64,000 bases of DNA from an uncultured bacterium (GCA_965651205.1 CBFGRM010000004.1:14241-78240), one strand, 5' to 3'; shown: positions 46,659 through 55,371, counted from the stretch's first letter. Notes: generated by a model from the letters alone, not told the origin. Made by a program: numbers and translations.

Positions 46659-47615
46659 ATGCTCGTCACGCGGGGAATCCCTTCTGTCAAGTGGTTGGCA
46701 CCGCTCGCGGCGCTGCTGCTCAACTTGCACCCTTTGCCGCTCCAAGGGCAGGGGGGTCGCCATCAGTGGCGCCAGGTCCACCTCGGCGTCGAGGTGACCA
46801 TCACCGCCTACGGCAACCGCGACACCGCCGAAACTGCCGCAATCGCCGCATTCAGGACCATCGCTGACCTAGAGGCGATCCTCAGCGATTGGCGGCCCGA
46901 CAGCGAGCTGCGGCGACTCAGCCATCTGCCGCCCGACACCTGGCAACCGATTTCGCCGGTGCTCGGCAGCGTGCTCGCACTGGCACTCGACTTTGCCGCC
47001 GCGAGCGACGGGGCGTTCGACCCCACCATCGGCCCGCTCACCCGGATCTGGCGCGAACAACGGCGCACCGGCAAGACAGCCGACAGCGCCACCGTCGCCC
47101 TGGCCCGACAGAGTGTCGACTGGCGTGCGGTGGTGCTGGATACCGCCGGTTCACGGATCCGGCTCACCAGGCCGGGTATGCAGTTCGACCTGGGCGGCAT
47201 CGCCAAGGGCTGGATTCTTGATCGCGCACTCGGGACAATGCGGCTGCACGACACTCCGATCGCTCTCCTTGAGGCGGGCGGCGACCTGCTCGCAGGCGAC
47301 CCCCCGCCCGGCAGCGCCGGCTGGCGGATCGCCGTGGCCGATACGGTGGCAACCATCAGCAATTCAGCGCTAGCGGCATCCGGTCCGTCGATGCAGTTCA
47401 CCGTCGACCCTGATGGCACCACGCGGTCGCACGTGATCGATCCCGCCACCGGTCGGGGCCTCACCGGCAAGCTCGAAGTTGCCGTGCGAGCATCATCGGG
47501 CGGTGTGGCCGATGCCCTGGCCACCACGCTGACACTGGTGCCAAGGCAACGGTGGCCGGCGTTGTTGGCACGATTCGGCGGCGAGCTGGTCGCTGCAACC
47601 GGATCAGGGCGCTAG
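46659..47615 (+). CDS. apbE: FAD:protein FMN transferase (ApbE family)
   Basis: ILSDWRPDSELRRL and FDLGGIAKGW motifs. Its stop TAG shares the palindrome CTAG (47612-47615) with the stop of the convergent gene. Confidence 0.85.
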   Translation: MLVTRGIPSVKWLAPLAALLLNLHPLPLQGQGGRHQWRQVHLGVEVTITAYGNRDTAETAAIAAFRTIADLEAILSDWRPDSELRRLSHLPPDTWQPISPVLGSVLALALDFAAASDGAFDPTIGPLTRIWREQRRTGKTADSATVALARQSVDWRAVVLDTAGSRIRLTRPGMQFDLGGIAKGWILDRALGTMRLHDTPIALLEAGGDLLAGDPPPGSAGWRIAVADTVATISNSALAASGPSMQFTVDPDGTTRSHVIDPATGRGLTGKLEVAVRASSGGVADALATTLTLVPRQRWPALLARFGGELVAATGSGR

Positions 47616-49348
47616 CGGACTCCGTGACCAATGGTGCCGAGTTCACCGGCCACGATCAGTTCATCGATTCCGCCGAGCCCGAGCCAGAAACCCACCTGCT
47701 CGACTTGCACCGCCGTCCAACCGTCCTGATCCAGCCGGAAGAGATGACCCACCTCCCCGGCGATGTACACCACGCGATCAACCTCGTGGATAGCCCGCAT
47801 CGAATTGAGACTGGGTCCGAGTTGCCTGCTCCAGGTGCCGTTGCGGTAGTAGAGCAGTACGCCGTTGTCTCCAACCACGTAGCCATCACCCTGTTGGCGC
47901 ATCAGCACCGCTCGGAGGTTCTGTTGGGTCGGCACCTGGACTTGTGCCAACCGCGAGCCATCCCAGCGCAGCAGTGTGCCGCTGTCACCCACCACTATCA
48001 GTCGATTCCAGTCGAGACCGCCAACGTGCCGCAGGAACTTGAGCGTGGGTGACGCGACCTGGCGCCAGGCGCCACCTTCGCGTACCAGCACCACTCCCCC
48101 TTCGCCGACCGCCATCGCCCGAGTGCCGTCGTACCACACGGCACGAAGCAATCCCACGTAGGGAACATCTTCCTGGCGCCAGGTGACACCGTCAAAGTGC
48201 AGCACCGTGCCGCTGTCGCCCACCACGATCCGGTCATTGCCATCGGGTCCGGCGATGCCGTAGAGCGATGCCGGAGTGGGTATCGTGATCGATCGCCAAC
48301 TGCCGTTCTGTCGCTCGAAAGCCGCCCCGCCCTGCCCCACCACCATCGGGTTGCCCACCGCAGGTGCGTGCAAGGTGTAGAGTCGGCTGCCACTGTGCGA
48401 CGCGCGCCACTGATCGGCTTCGTCCAGGATCGCGCCGTACCATCCCACTACGGTGCGGCTTCCGGGTGCTCCGGTGATCGCGCGCAAGTTCTCGTGCAAC
48501 GCGGGTTCGATCAACGGTTGCCAGGACAGGCCGTCTCCCTCGAACAACACGCCACCGTCGCCCACCACCACGAAACTGCCGGGCCCGTTGCTGCGAACAT
48601 CGAACAGGTTCTGCTGGGTGGGCGTGGAGGTGAGTTCCCAACTGTCGCCGTCGCGGAGCAGCACGGTGCCGCCGCTGCCCACGGCGACGAAGCGACCGGC
48701 ACCGTCGCCTGCAACCGCGAACAGGGTCGCCTGCGTGGGTGAGGGCACCGAACTCCACGTCACGCCTCCGTCGACGCTCTCGACGATGGTTCCACTCTGG
48801 CCGACCGCCACCAGGTCGTCCTCGCTGGTGCCGGCAAAGCCCCAGATCTCGGTGCCCACCGGCACCTGTGCGCGAGTCCAGACCCCGTCGTCGTGGCGCA
48901 GGATGGTACCGGCGGTGCCGCCTATGAACATCCGCTCGCCGTCGAGTCCCCACAGGTCCAGCAGAATCGCGTTGTTGTCGAGCGGCATCACCTCCCATAT
49001 GGGTGACCCGACATCACGTGCCAGCAACTGGTGGCCGGCCACGATCAGGATCCGACCGTCGTCGTGCTGCCAGATCCCGGTGATGATCCCTTCCACCGGA
49101 ACCGACTCGAAGGCCCAGTCGCCTCCGTCACGGTAAAACAGCGCGGCGACGTTGCCGCCCACCCAGACCCTGCCGTCACGGGCAGTGAACGCCGCCAGCA
49201 ACGACGCATCGGTCAGGCCGCGCAACACGTTGTCGATCCGCACCACCGGCACTCCAGGAGGTGGCGGCGGGCTCGGCTCGGTGGTGCGGCCGCAGCCGAC
49301 CAGCAGCAGCGACACCGACAGCACACGGAGGCAGGTAGAAAAAGACAT
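47612..49348 (-). CDS. Beta-propeller repeat lipoprotein (about 13-14 Ycf48/BNR-like blades)
   Basis: ATG 49348: MSFSTCLRVLSVSLLLVGC lipobox, then a PPPPP linker. About 14 repeats of h-h-V-G-x-x-G-x-h-h-x-x-D-G-x-x-W (about 40 aa each). The 158-codon N-terminal extension in the track ORF has poor third-position GC. Confidence 0.75.
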   Translation of the reverse strand: MSFSTCLRVLSVSLLLVGCGRTTEPSPPPPPGVPVVRIDNVLRGLTDASLLAAFTARDGRVWVGGNVAALFYRDGGDWAFESVPVEGIITGIWQHDDGRILIVAGHQLLARDVGSPIWEVMPLDNNAILLDLWGLDGERMFIGGTAGTILRHDDGVWTRAQVPVGTEIWGFAGTSEDDLVAVGQSGTIVESVDGGVTWSSVPSPTQATLFAVAGDGAGRFVAVGSGGTVLLRDGDSWELTSTPTQQNLFDVRSNGPGSFVVVGDGGVLFEGDGLSWQPLIEPALHENLRAITGAPGSRTVVGWYGAILDEADQWRASHSGSRLYTLHAPAVGNPMVVGQGGAAFERQNGSWRSITIPTPASLYGIAGPDGNDRIVVGDSGTVLHFDGVTWRQEDVPYVGLLRAVWYDGTRAMAVGEGGVVLVREGGAWRQVASPTLKFLRHVGGLDWNRLIVVGDSGTLLRWDGSRLAQVQVPTQQNLRAVLMRQQGDGYVVGDNGVLLYYRNGTWSRQLGPSLNSMRAIHEVDRVVYIAGEVGHLFRLDQDGWTAVQVEQVGFWLGLGGIDELIVAGELGTIGHGVR

Positions 49349-49578
49349 CGGGGCGCCCCAAAGGACGCCCCGATGGTTGCGATCGGCAAGGTCTCCTTGC
49401 CGGAGCTCTTCTTGACCTTCTTCCACTCGGTTCCATCCTCGACCTTCCCGGACTTGTCCTTGCGACACTTGTCCTCGAAGCCGATGAAGGCACTCACGCC
49501 GTCCCGACGACTGGCCAGCAACCAACGCCGACCGTGAACCATTCGCTGCAGCCACTGAGACCCTCCCAACCACTGGCG

Positions 49579-50688
49579 TCAGCGACCTCGGCGCTGAGCC
49601 ACCACGTGGGCGCGATGCGCCTCGAACAGCAGCGTGCCGAAGCAGGCCAGGATGGCGGCCCCACCCACCAGCAGCGGCCTGGCACCGGCCATCACTGCCG
49701 CAATTGCCGCCGCCAGCATTGCCGGAACCAGGGCACCCTTGGGCCAGCGCTGTTCGCTGCGACCGCGCCACTCTGCCACCGCATAGCCCAACGCGGTGAA
49801 GCCCGCGGCGATGGCCAGCCATTCCAGCACTACCTCTCGACCGGATGGCGCCGGGAAGGCCAGTGCCACCGGATCACCGATTCGGACCGCGAACCAGGGT
49901 GCCATCCCCAGCAGCACCGCCAGCACGCCACCTGGCTCCACCCGTCGATCGGCTCGTCGGCGTCCCCACCAGCTATCGCCGGCCAGGCAGGCGAGCCCTG
50001 CCACAGCGACGGCGGCCAGGCCGCGAAGCGGTTCCGACGACAGGCCGGGCAGGGCTGCTGTGAAGGCCCAGGCGCCGAGGATCGGCCAGAGCACTCCCGG
50101 CCGACCCCGGGTGCGTTCCGCGTTGCTTCGGCCCGCCGCGGCGACCGCCGCCCCACCGGCGGCGGCCAAAGCCAGCGTGGGCAACCAGCGGGTGGTGGTG
50201 AGCCCTTCGATCCAGATCAGCGGTACCAGCAGCCAGGCCAGCGCCACCAGGGGAAGGTCGAGGAACAGTCTGCCGGTGATGCCGTCGGGCCCGGCCAGTC
50301 GGCGGCGGACCAGTGCGGAACCGGAGGCACCCACCCAGGCCCCCAGACCGTTGGCTGCCAGGTCACTGAGGGTGGTCCAGCGGCCCGGCAGGAAGAGCTG
50401 GGTGATCTCGATGCCCAGTGACAGGCCCAGCCCGAGGATCGCGGTGCGCCACACGCCAAACCGGCGTTCGAGCAGGAACCCGAGTGGCACGAACAGCGCC
50501 AGGTTGAGCAGCACGTCGGTGCGACCATCGGCACCGCCGGGCACCAGCAGGATCCGGTCGAACGAGGCAGGCTCCAGCCTGAACGGCGACAGCACGATCA
50601 CCGCCACCACCCCGGCGAGGTAGCCGAGGAGGAGGCGATCGAGGCGCCGGGTGGCGCCGGGAACCGGGTCAGGCATTGACTCGCTCAT
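49579..50688 (-). CDS. VanZ-like family membrane protein with an extended polytopic C-terminal region
   Basis: VLLNLALFVPLGFLLE...GIEITQLFLPGRWTTLSDLAANGLGAWVG (VanZ core), followed by about 6 more TM segments. Confidence 0.75.
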   Translation of the reverse strand: MSESMPDPVPGATRRLDRLLLGYLAGVVAVIVLSPFRLEPASFDRILLVPGGADGRTDVLLNLALFVPLGFLLERRFGVWRTAILGLGLSLGIEITQLFLPGRWTTLSDLAANGLGAWVGASGSALVRRRLAGPDGITGRLFLDLPLVALAWLLVPLIWIEGLTTTRWLPTLALAAAGGAAVAAAGRSNAERTRGRPGVLWPILGAWAFTAALPGLSSEPLRGLAAVAVAGLACLAGDSWWGRRRADRRVEPGGVLAVLLGMAPWFAVRIGDPVALAFPAPSGREVVLEWLAIAAGFTALGYAVAEWRGRSEQRWPKGALVPAMLAAAIAAVMAGARPLLVGGAAILACFGTLLFEAHRAHVVAQRRGR

Positions 50689-50734
50689 AGCATTATGATA
50701 TCATCTCGATGTCACCCAAATACTGGAGAATGCG

Positions 50735-51604
50735 ATGATCAAGGAACGTCCGGCCAAGGCTGTCAGGGGTATCCTGCCGCTGCTGCTGTTGACACTGATG
50801 CTTTTCGGTTCGATCGCCAGCCTGATCCGTGCCGGGGTCACCGAGAGCAGCAGTTGGGGCCTCGGTGGCCTGTTCGTTCTGGTTCTCAGCCTGGTCCTGT
50901 TTCCCGGCCTCTTCGCGGTCCAGCCCAACCAGGCCCGCGCCCTGACGCTGTTCGGCGAGTATCGCGGCTCGATCAAGGAAGAGGGACTCTGGTGGGTCAA
51001 TCCGCTGATGGGCAAGAAGGCGGTGTCGCTCCGGGTCCGCAATTTCGAGACTGCCAAGCTCAAGGTGAACGACAACGACTCCAATCCGATCGAGATCAGC
51101 GCGGTGGTGGTGTGGCAAGTGATCGACAGCGCCGAGGCGTTGTTCGAGGTCGACAACTACGAGGACTACGTCCAGGTGCAGAGTGAGTCGGCGGTGCGGA
51201 CACTGGCGACCCAGTATCCCTATGACGCTCATTCTCCCGGCACGGTCTCGCTCAGCCACAACGCAGACGACATCTCCGAGCGACTCGCCACCGAGGTGCA
51301 GGATCGGCTCCAGAAGGCCGGCATCCGGGTGCTCGAGACCCGGATCACCCACTTGGCGTATGCTCCCGAGATCGCCGGTGCGATGCTGCGTCGCCAGCAG
51401 GCGACCGCAATCATCGCGGCACGCGAGAAGATCGTCGAGGGTGCGGTGTCGATGGTCGATATGGCGCTCAAGCAGCTCGACGAGGGTGACATCGTCAAGC
51501 TAGACGAGGAGCGCAAGGCGACGATGGTGTCGAACCTGCTGGTCGTGCTCTGCTCCGATCAACCGATGCAACCGGTGGTCAACACCGGCAGCCTGTACAC
51601 GTGA
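50735..51604 (+). CDS. SPFH/band-7 domain protein
   Basis: N-terminal TM helices, then [32 protein letters not shown]...[19 protein letters not shown] 6 nt upstream. Confidence 0.9.
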   Translation: MIKERPAKAVRGILPLLLLTLMLFGSIASLIRAGVTESSSWGLGGLFVLVLSLVLFPGLFAVQPNQARALTLFGEYRGSIKEEGLWWVNPLMGKKAVSLRVRNFETAKLKVNDNDSNPIEISAVVVWQVIDSAEALFEVDNYEDYVQVQSESAVRTLATQYPYDAHSPGTVSLSHNADDISERLATEVQDRLQKAGIRVLETRITHLAYAPEIAGAMLRRQQATAIIAAREKIVEGAVSMVDMALKQLDEGDIVKLDEERKATMVSNLLVVLCSDQPMQPVVNTGSLYT

Positions 51605-51610
51605 TGCGTC

Positions 51611-51781
51611 GTGGCTGAACGCAAGCCGTTCCTGCTCAGGCTCGACCCGGCGCTGCACGATGCGTTGCAGCGCTGGGCGGCCGATGACCTGCGATCGCTC
51701 AACGGGCAGATCGAGTTCCTGCTGCGGGAGGCGGTGCGACGGGCCGGCAGGGGCACTCCCGAGCGCAAGGATCCCTCCTGA
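51611..51781 (+). CDS. Arc/ribbon-helix-helix family small DNA-binding protein (56 aa)
   Basis: Hand-translated, as it is below the ORF track size cutoff. GTG 51611: [56 protein letters not shown]. This is the beta-strand/helix/helix pattern of Arc/HicB-type RHH proteins. It starts 6 nt after the SPFH stop. Confidence 0.6.
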   Translation: MAERKPFLLRLDPALHDALQRWAADDLRSLNGQIEFLLREAVRRAGRGTPERKDPS

Positions 51782-51787
51782 CACAAC

Positions 51788-52465
51788 TCACGAGTACCGT
51801 GCCAGGTGCTGCCACAGTGGCGAACCCGGCCCGCCGATCGCCGGCAACGTGATGTCGGCGAACATTGCAGCACCGGGAGCCGACCCCACCGCGATCACTT
51901 CACGGCAACGGGCCGCAGCCGCGGCGAGTCCCGCACCGACACTGTGCACCAACGCCACCGCCTCGCCTGCGTCGATCCGCCGAGTGAGATGATCGGGGTG
52001 AGGCACTCCGCGCTGATCGGCTGCCACCAGCCATTCGCTGTCGTGCACCACCAGGCCGACACGTTCGGCTGCCCGGGCGGCCAGGTCTCCGGGGAATGCC
52101 ACCAGCACGGCCAGTCTTGCGCCACTGGCGGCAAGATGACGCCAGCCGTCGAGTGCGTCCGCCACCGGCTTGACTGGACCGCTTCCGGCCCAGGTCGCGA
52201 TACCCTGTTCGGCCGATAGCACCAGTTCGTCCAGCTCCTCCAGCAGCTCGAAGCGACCGTGGCCCTCGATCAGGGTACGGATGGCGTGGGCCGGCGCCAT
52301 ACCCGCCACCTGATCGACCGCGCCGCGCCGCAACTCCAGCCCGGCCCGCACCAGCGGTGCACCGATCGCCGCGGCTATCGCACCACCGTCGTCCAGCAGT
52401 GGCCCGACAAGCTCGAGCAACAGCAGGAGGCCACCTGCGCTACCTTTCTCAGTGTCGTCAGTCAC
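51788..52465 (-). CDS. HAD-fold-like protein with all catalytic motifs apparently degenerate
   Basis: GTG 52465 in track ORF 51788..52492. By eye it is colinear with phosphoglycolate-phosphatase-type HADs, but motif I reads LLLELVGPLL instead of hhhDxDGTL. Confidence 0.5.
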   Translation of the reverse strand: MTDDTEKGSAGGLLLLLELVGPLLDDGGAIAAAIGAPLVRAGLELRRGAVDQVAGMAPAHAIRTLIEGHGRFELLEELDELVLSAEQGIATWAGSGPVKPVADALDGWRHLAASGARLAVLVAFPGDLAARAAERVGLVVHDSEWLVAADQRGVPHPDHLTRRIDAGEAVALVHSVGAGLAAAAARCREVIAVGSAPGAAMFADITLPAIGGPGSPLWQHLARYS

Positions 52466-52498
52466 GCCCGACCTTTCACCCGGATGGAACACCAGACA

Positions 52499-52966
52499 AT
52501 GACGCGATCAGCACTGCTCCCGATTGCACTGCTCAGCCTGGCCGCCGCCTGCGCCGACCGCAACGCCGACGACGCGGCCGTCAACGATTCTGTCGCCGCG
52601 ATCGCACCGGAGATCCCGCGCAACCCGCGCATAATCGCCTGGGATGTCGGCCTCGCAGTCGACACCCTCGACAGACTGGTCGGCGGCACATTCCAGTCGA
52701 TCGAGGCGGCCGACACTCTCTATGTCTCGGTGCGCACCCAGTATGTCGCAGCAGGCACGCCGATCTCCATCGTGATGCGCAACAGCTCCGGTGCCACGGT
52801 GGACTCAGCAGCCGTGACGTCGGGGACCCCCGATGCCGACGCGATCGCCCGGGTGCTGGCAACCCTCCCGGTCGCCGCAACGGCCCCCGAGGGTCAGTAC
52901 CAGATCGAGGCGCTGCTCGACGGCGTGTCGCAGGGTCAGCGTCCGCTGGCCATCGGCGGCAACTAA
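52499..52966 (+). CDS. Putative lipoprotein
   Basis: ATG 52499: MTRSALLPIALLSLAAAC lipobox. The alternative ATG is at 52484. Confidence 0.6.
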   Translation: MTRSALLPIALLSLAAACADRNADDAAVNDSVAAIAPEIPRNPRIIAWDVGLAVDTLDRLVGGTFQSIEAADTLYVSVRTQYVAAGTPISIVMRNSSGATVDSAAVTSGTPDADAIARVLATLPVAATAPEGQYQIEALLDGVSQGQRPLAIGGN

Positions 52967-53448
52967 CCGAGGGCGTCCCAGTCGACCTTCTTGTGGCTGC
53001 CGTCGCAGAACGGCTTGTTGGCGGATCGGCCGCAGCGGCAGAGGGCGCACGAGGTACCCTCCATCAGCGTCTTGCCGGCGGCGTCGACGACCCGGAACCG
53101 ACCAGTCACCAGCAATGGCCCGCGATCGCTCGCCTTGATGGCGGTCGCGGGCTGGCCCTCTCGACCTGCGTCAGGCACCCGGTCTCCGGGAATGTCGCGC
53201 GGGTCCTCGGTACCAACCGGAAGCACCGCCGTCACCAGCTCGGCCTGCAGCGCACCGGACGGACACTTGGCCACCGCGTACAGGACTTCCTGCGGCTCGG
53301 CCTTGCCGGGATCGATCCAGCGGCGACGACGGATGTCGAACACTTCCGGCAGGGTCGCAAGACAGACGCCGCTGTGGATGCACTTGGCCGGATCGAAGGT
53401 GACCCGCACCTGGCGTGTTTCGTAAACCTGCAAGCGACCTCGGGACAC
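52963..53448 (-). CDS. Fusion of a divergent 4Fe-4S mono-cluster domain (DUF1271-like) and a CDGSH iron-sulfur domain
   Basis: GTG 53448. VRVTFDPAKCIHSGVCLATLPEVFD...VAKCPSGAL, then C-terminal CRCGRSANKPFCDGSHKK. Confidence 0.75.
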   Translation of the reverse strand: MSRGRLQVYETRQVRVTFDPAKCIHSGVCLATLPEVFDIRRRRWIDPGKAEPQEVLYAVAKCPSGALQAELVTAVLPVGTEDPRDIPGDRVPDAGREGQPATAIKASDRGPLLVTGRFRVVDAAGKTLMEGTSCALCRCGRSANKPFCDGSHKKVDWDALG

Positions 53449-53582
53449 TGCCCCTCCCTGGACGTATTCACATTGTGGCGGGATGCCCCAAACCTCCCCC
53501 TTTTCGGCTGCACGGGCAAGAGGGCGGATGCGCCGTCCATTTTCCGGTGGCACGGCCCGGGCGCGACCGGTAGACTGTGGGT

Positions 53583-54650
53583 ATGACTACCGCCACCGCA
53601 CTTCCGTCCCGCCGCACCCTGCTTCGAGCCGTCGCCGAACGCGACGCGGAGTGGGATGGCCTGTTCGTGTTCGCCGTGCGCACCACCGGCGTGGCGTGCC
53701 GACCCAGTTGTCCGTCGCGTCGCGCGCGCGAGGAGCACCTGGAATTCTTTCCCGGCATCGCCGATGCAACCGCAGCCGGCTATCGCGCCTGCCGTCGCTG
53801 CCGTCCCGATCAGCAGGCCGCCGCGCCGGAGTGGTGGGATCGCGCCGTGGCACTGGCTGACGCCGCCGGCGAGTCGCGCATTTCGGATCGCGACCTCAAG
53901 GACGCCGGCATCGATCCGGTTCGGGTGCGTCGCTACGCGCGACGCGCCTACCAGCAGACCTTCCACGCCTGGCTGCGCAGCCGTCAGGTCGCCGCCGCGC
54001 AACGTCGCCTGCACCGCGGCGAACCGCTGGACCGGGTGATCGTCGAGTCGCGCTGGCAATCGCACAGCGGTTTCCGCGATGCCTTCGCCCGTGTCGCAGG
54101 GCGAAGTCCCGGGCGGGCCCGCCAGTCCGAACCGATTGCGGTTGCGGTGTGGCAGTCGCCGATCGGTCCGCTGGTGACTGCTGCAGTGGATGATGGCGTA
54201 TGTATGCTGGAGTTCGGCGACGAGCGCCGCATCAGCCAGCAGGTCGCTTCGCTGCATCGCTGGTTTGGCGGCCCGGTGGTGCACGACAGCCATCCGCACC
54301 TGGCAGCGCTGCACCAGCAGCTCGACGAGTACTTCAAGGGCAGTCGCACCGAGTTCACGGTTCCGCTGGTGATCCGCGGCACCGATTTCGAGATGGCAAC
54401 GTGGAACGCACTTCGTGAGATCCCGTACGGCACCACCGTCAGTTACGCCGACATCGCGCGCCGAATCGACAATCCGAACGCGGTGCGTGCGGTGGGGTCT
54501 GCCAACGGGCGCAACCGGATCGCAATCGTGATCCCCTGCCACCGGGTGGTCAACTCCGACGGTGCGCTGGGTGGATATGGCGGCGGATTGTGGCGCAAGC
54601 GGCGCCTGCTTGAGATCGAGAGTCGGGGCGCACCGGCACTTTCCGGCTGA
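53583..54650 (+). CDS. ada: Bifunctional Ada: methylphosphotriester-DNA methyltransferase/AraC-type regulator plus O6-methylguanine-DNA methyltransferase
   Basis: FVFAVRTTGVACRPSCPSRRAR...CRRCRP (Ada zinc domain), an AraC HTH in the middle, and the C-terminal MGMT active site IPCHRVV. The start is ATG 53583 or GTG 53577. Confidence 0.85.
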   Translation: MTTATALPSRRTLLRAVAERDAEWDGLFVFAVRTTGVACRPSCPSRRAREEHLEFFPGIADATAAGYRACRRCRPDQQAAAPEWWDRAVALADAAGESRISDRDLKDAGIDPVRVRRYARRAYQQTFHAWLRSRQVAAAQRRLHRGEPLDRVIVESRWQSHSGFRDAFARVAGRSPGRARQSEPIAVAVWQSPIGPLVTAAVDDGVCMLEFGDERRISQQVASLHRWFGGPVVHDSHPHLAALHQQLDEYFKGSRTEFTVPLVIRGTDFEMATWNALREIPYGTTVSYADIARRIDNPNAVRAVGSANGRNRIAIVIPCHRVVNSDGALGGYGGGLWRKRRLLEIESRGAPALSG

Positions 54651-54656
54651 GTCGGT

Positions 54657-55367
54657 TCAGATCAGCTTGATCGCCGCGATCACCAGCACCACGCCCAGGG
54701 TCGCCTTGATCGCGGGACTGGGCAGGCGCCTGGCACCGAGCCACGACCCAAGTCCACCTCCAGCCACCACCGCCACCGCCCACAGCGGCAGCGATTCCGG
54801 CAGAGTGGTTATTCCCGGCAACTGCCCCAGCAGACCCGACGCAGAGTTGGCAAGGATGAACACCGCCGAGGTGGCGGCGGTGGTGCGCAGATCGGCCCAG
54901 CCCGACAGCAGCAGCACCGGACTCAGGAAGATTCCGCCACCCACCCCCGTGAGACCGGCCAGCAGTCCCAGCACCGCACCGACCACCATCGCAACCGACA
55001 GTCTGGGTGGGGTGCCCGCACGATCATCACTCCTGAACCGGATCAGCAGTCGCAGCGCCGAGAGCAGCAGCACCACGCCGACCACGCTGCGATACACTTC
55101 GACCGGCAGCGCCAGCGTTCCACCCAGGTAGGCCAGCGGCACCGAAGTGACCAGGAACGGCCAGGTCAGCGACCAGCGGAAGTGCCCGGCGCCGATGAAG
55201 CTGCGTGCCGCCAGTGAAGCCACCAGCAGGTTGAGGATCAGCGCCGCTGGCCGCATCTCGTGGGGCGCCACGCTGACAAGCGCCATCACCGCCAGGTATC
55301 CCGACGCACCCGCGTGTCCGACCGATGAGTACAGCAGCGCAACCACGAAGAACAGCACAGCCGACAA
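54657..55367 (-). CDS. Sulfite exporter TauE/SafE family protein
   Basis: Polytopic membrane protein. MSAVLFFVVALLYSSVGHAGASGYLAVMAL and an internal repeat ...GLTGVGGGIFLSPVLL. Confidence 0.85.
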   Translation of the reverse strand: MSAVLFFVVALLYSSVGHAGASGYLAVMALVSVAPHEMRPAALILNLLVASLAARSFIGAGHFRWSLTWPFLVTSVPLAYLGGTLALPVEVYRSVVGVVLLLSALRLLIRFRSDDRAGTPPRLSVAMVVGAVLGLLAGLTGVGGGIFLSPVLLLSGWADLRTTAATSAVFILANSASGLLGQLPGITTLPESLPLWAVAVVAGGGLGSWLGARRLPSPAIKATLGVVLVIAAIKLI

Positions 55368-55371
55368 GCGG

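Noticed and set aside
47612-47615. The CTAG palindrome provides the stop codons of both convergent genes (apbE TAG and the propeller lipoprotein TAG).
   Set aside because: The overlap is real but is probably a trivial consequence of tight packing. No hairpin or terminator is associated with it.
53548-53565. TGGCAC hexamer upstream of ada, as a possible sigma-54 -24 element. It was of interest because a bEBP-like regulator is in the window.
   Set aside because: The -12 position reads GGGC instead of TTGC, and the spacing and context do not fit. The TAGACT leaderless-type -10 explains the region better.
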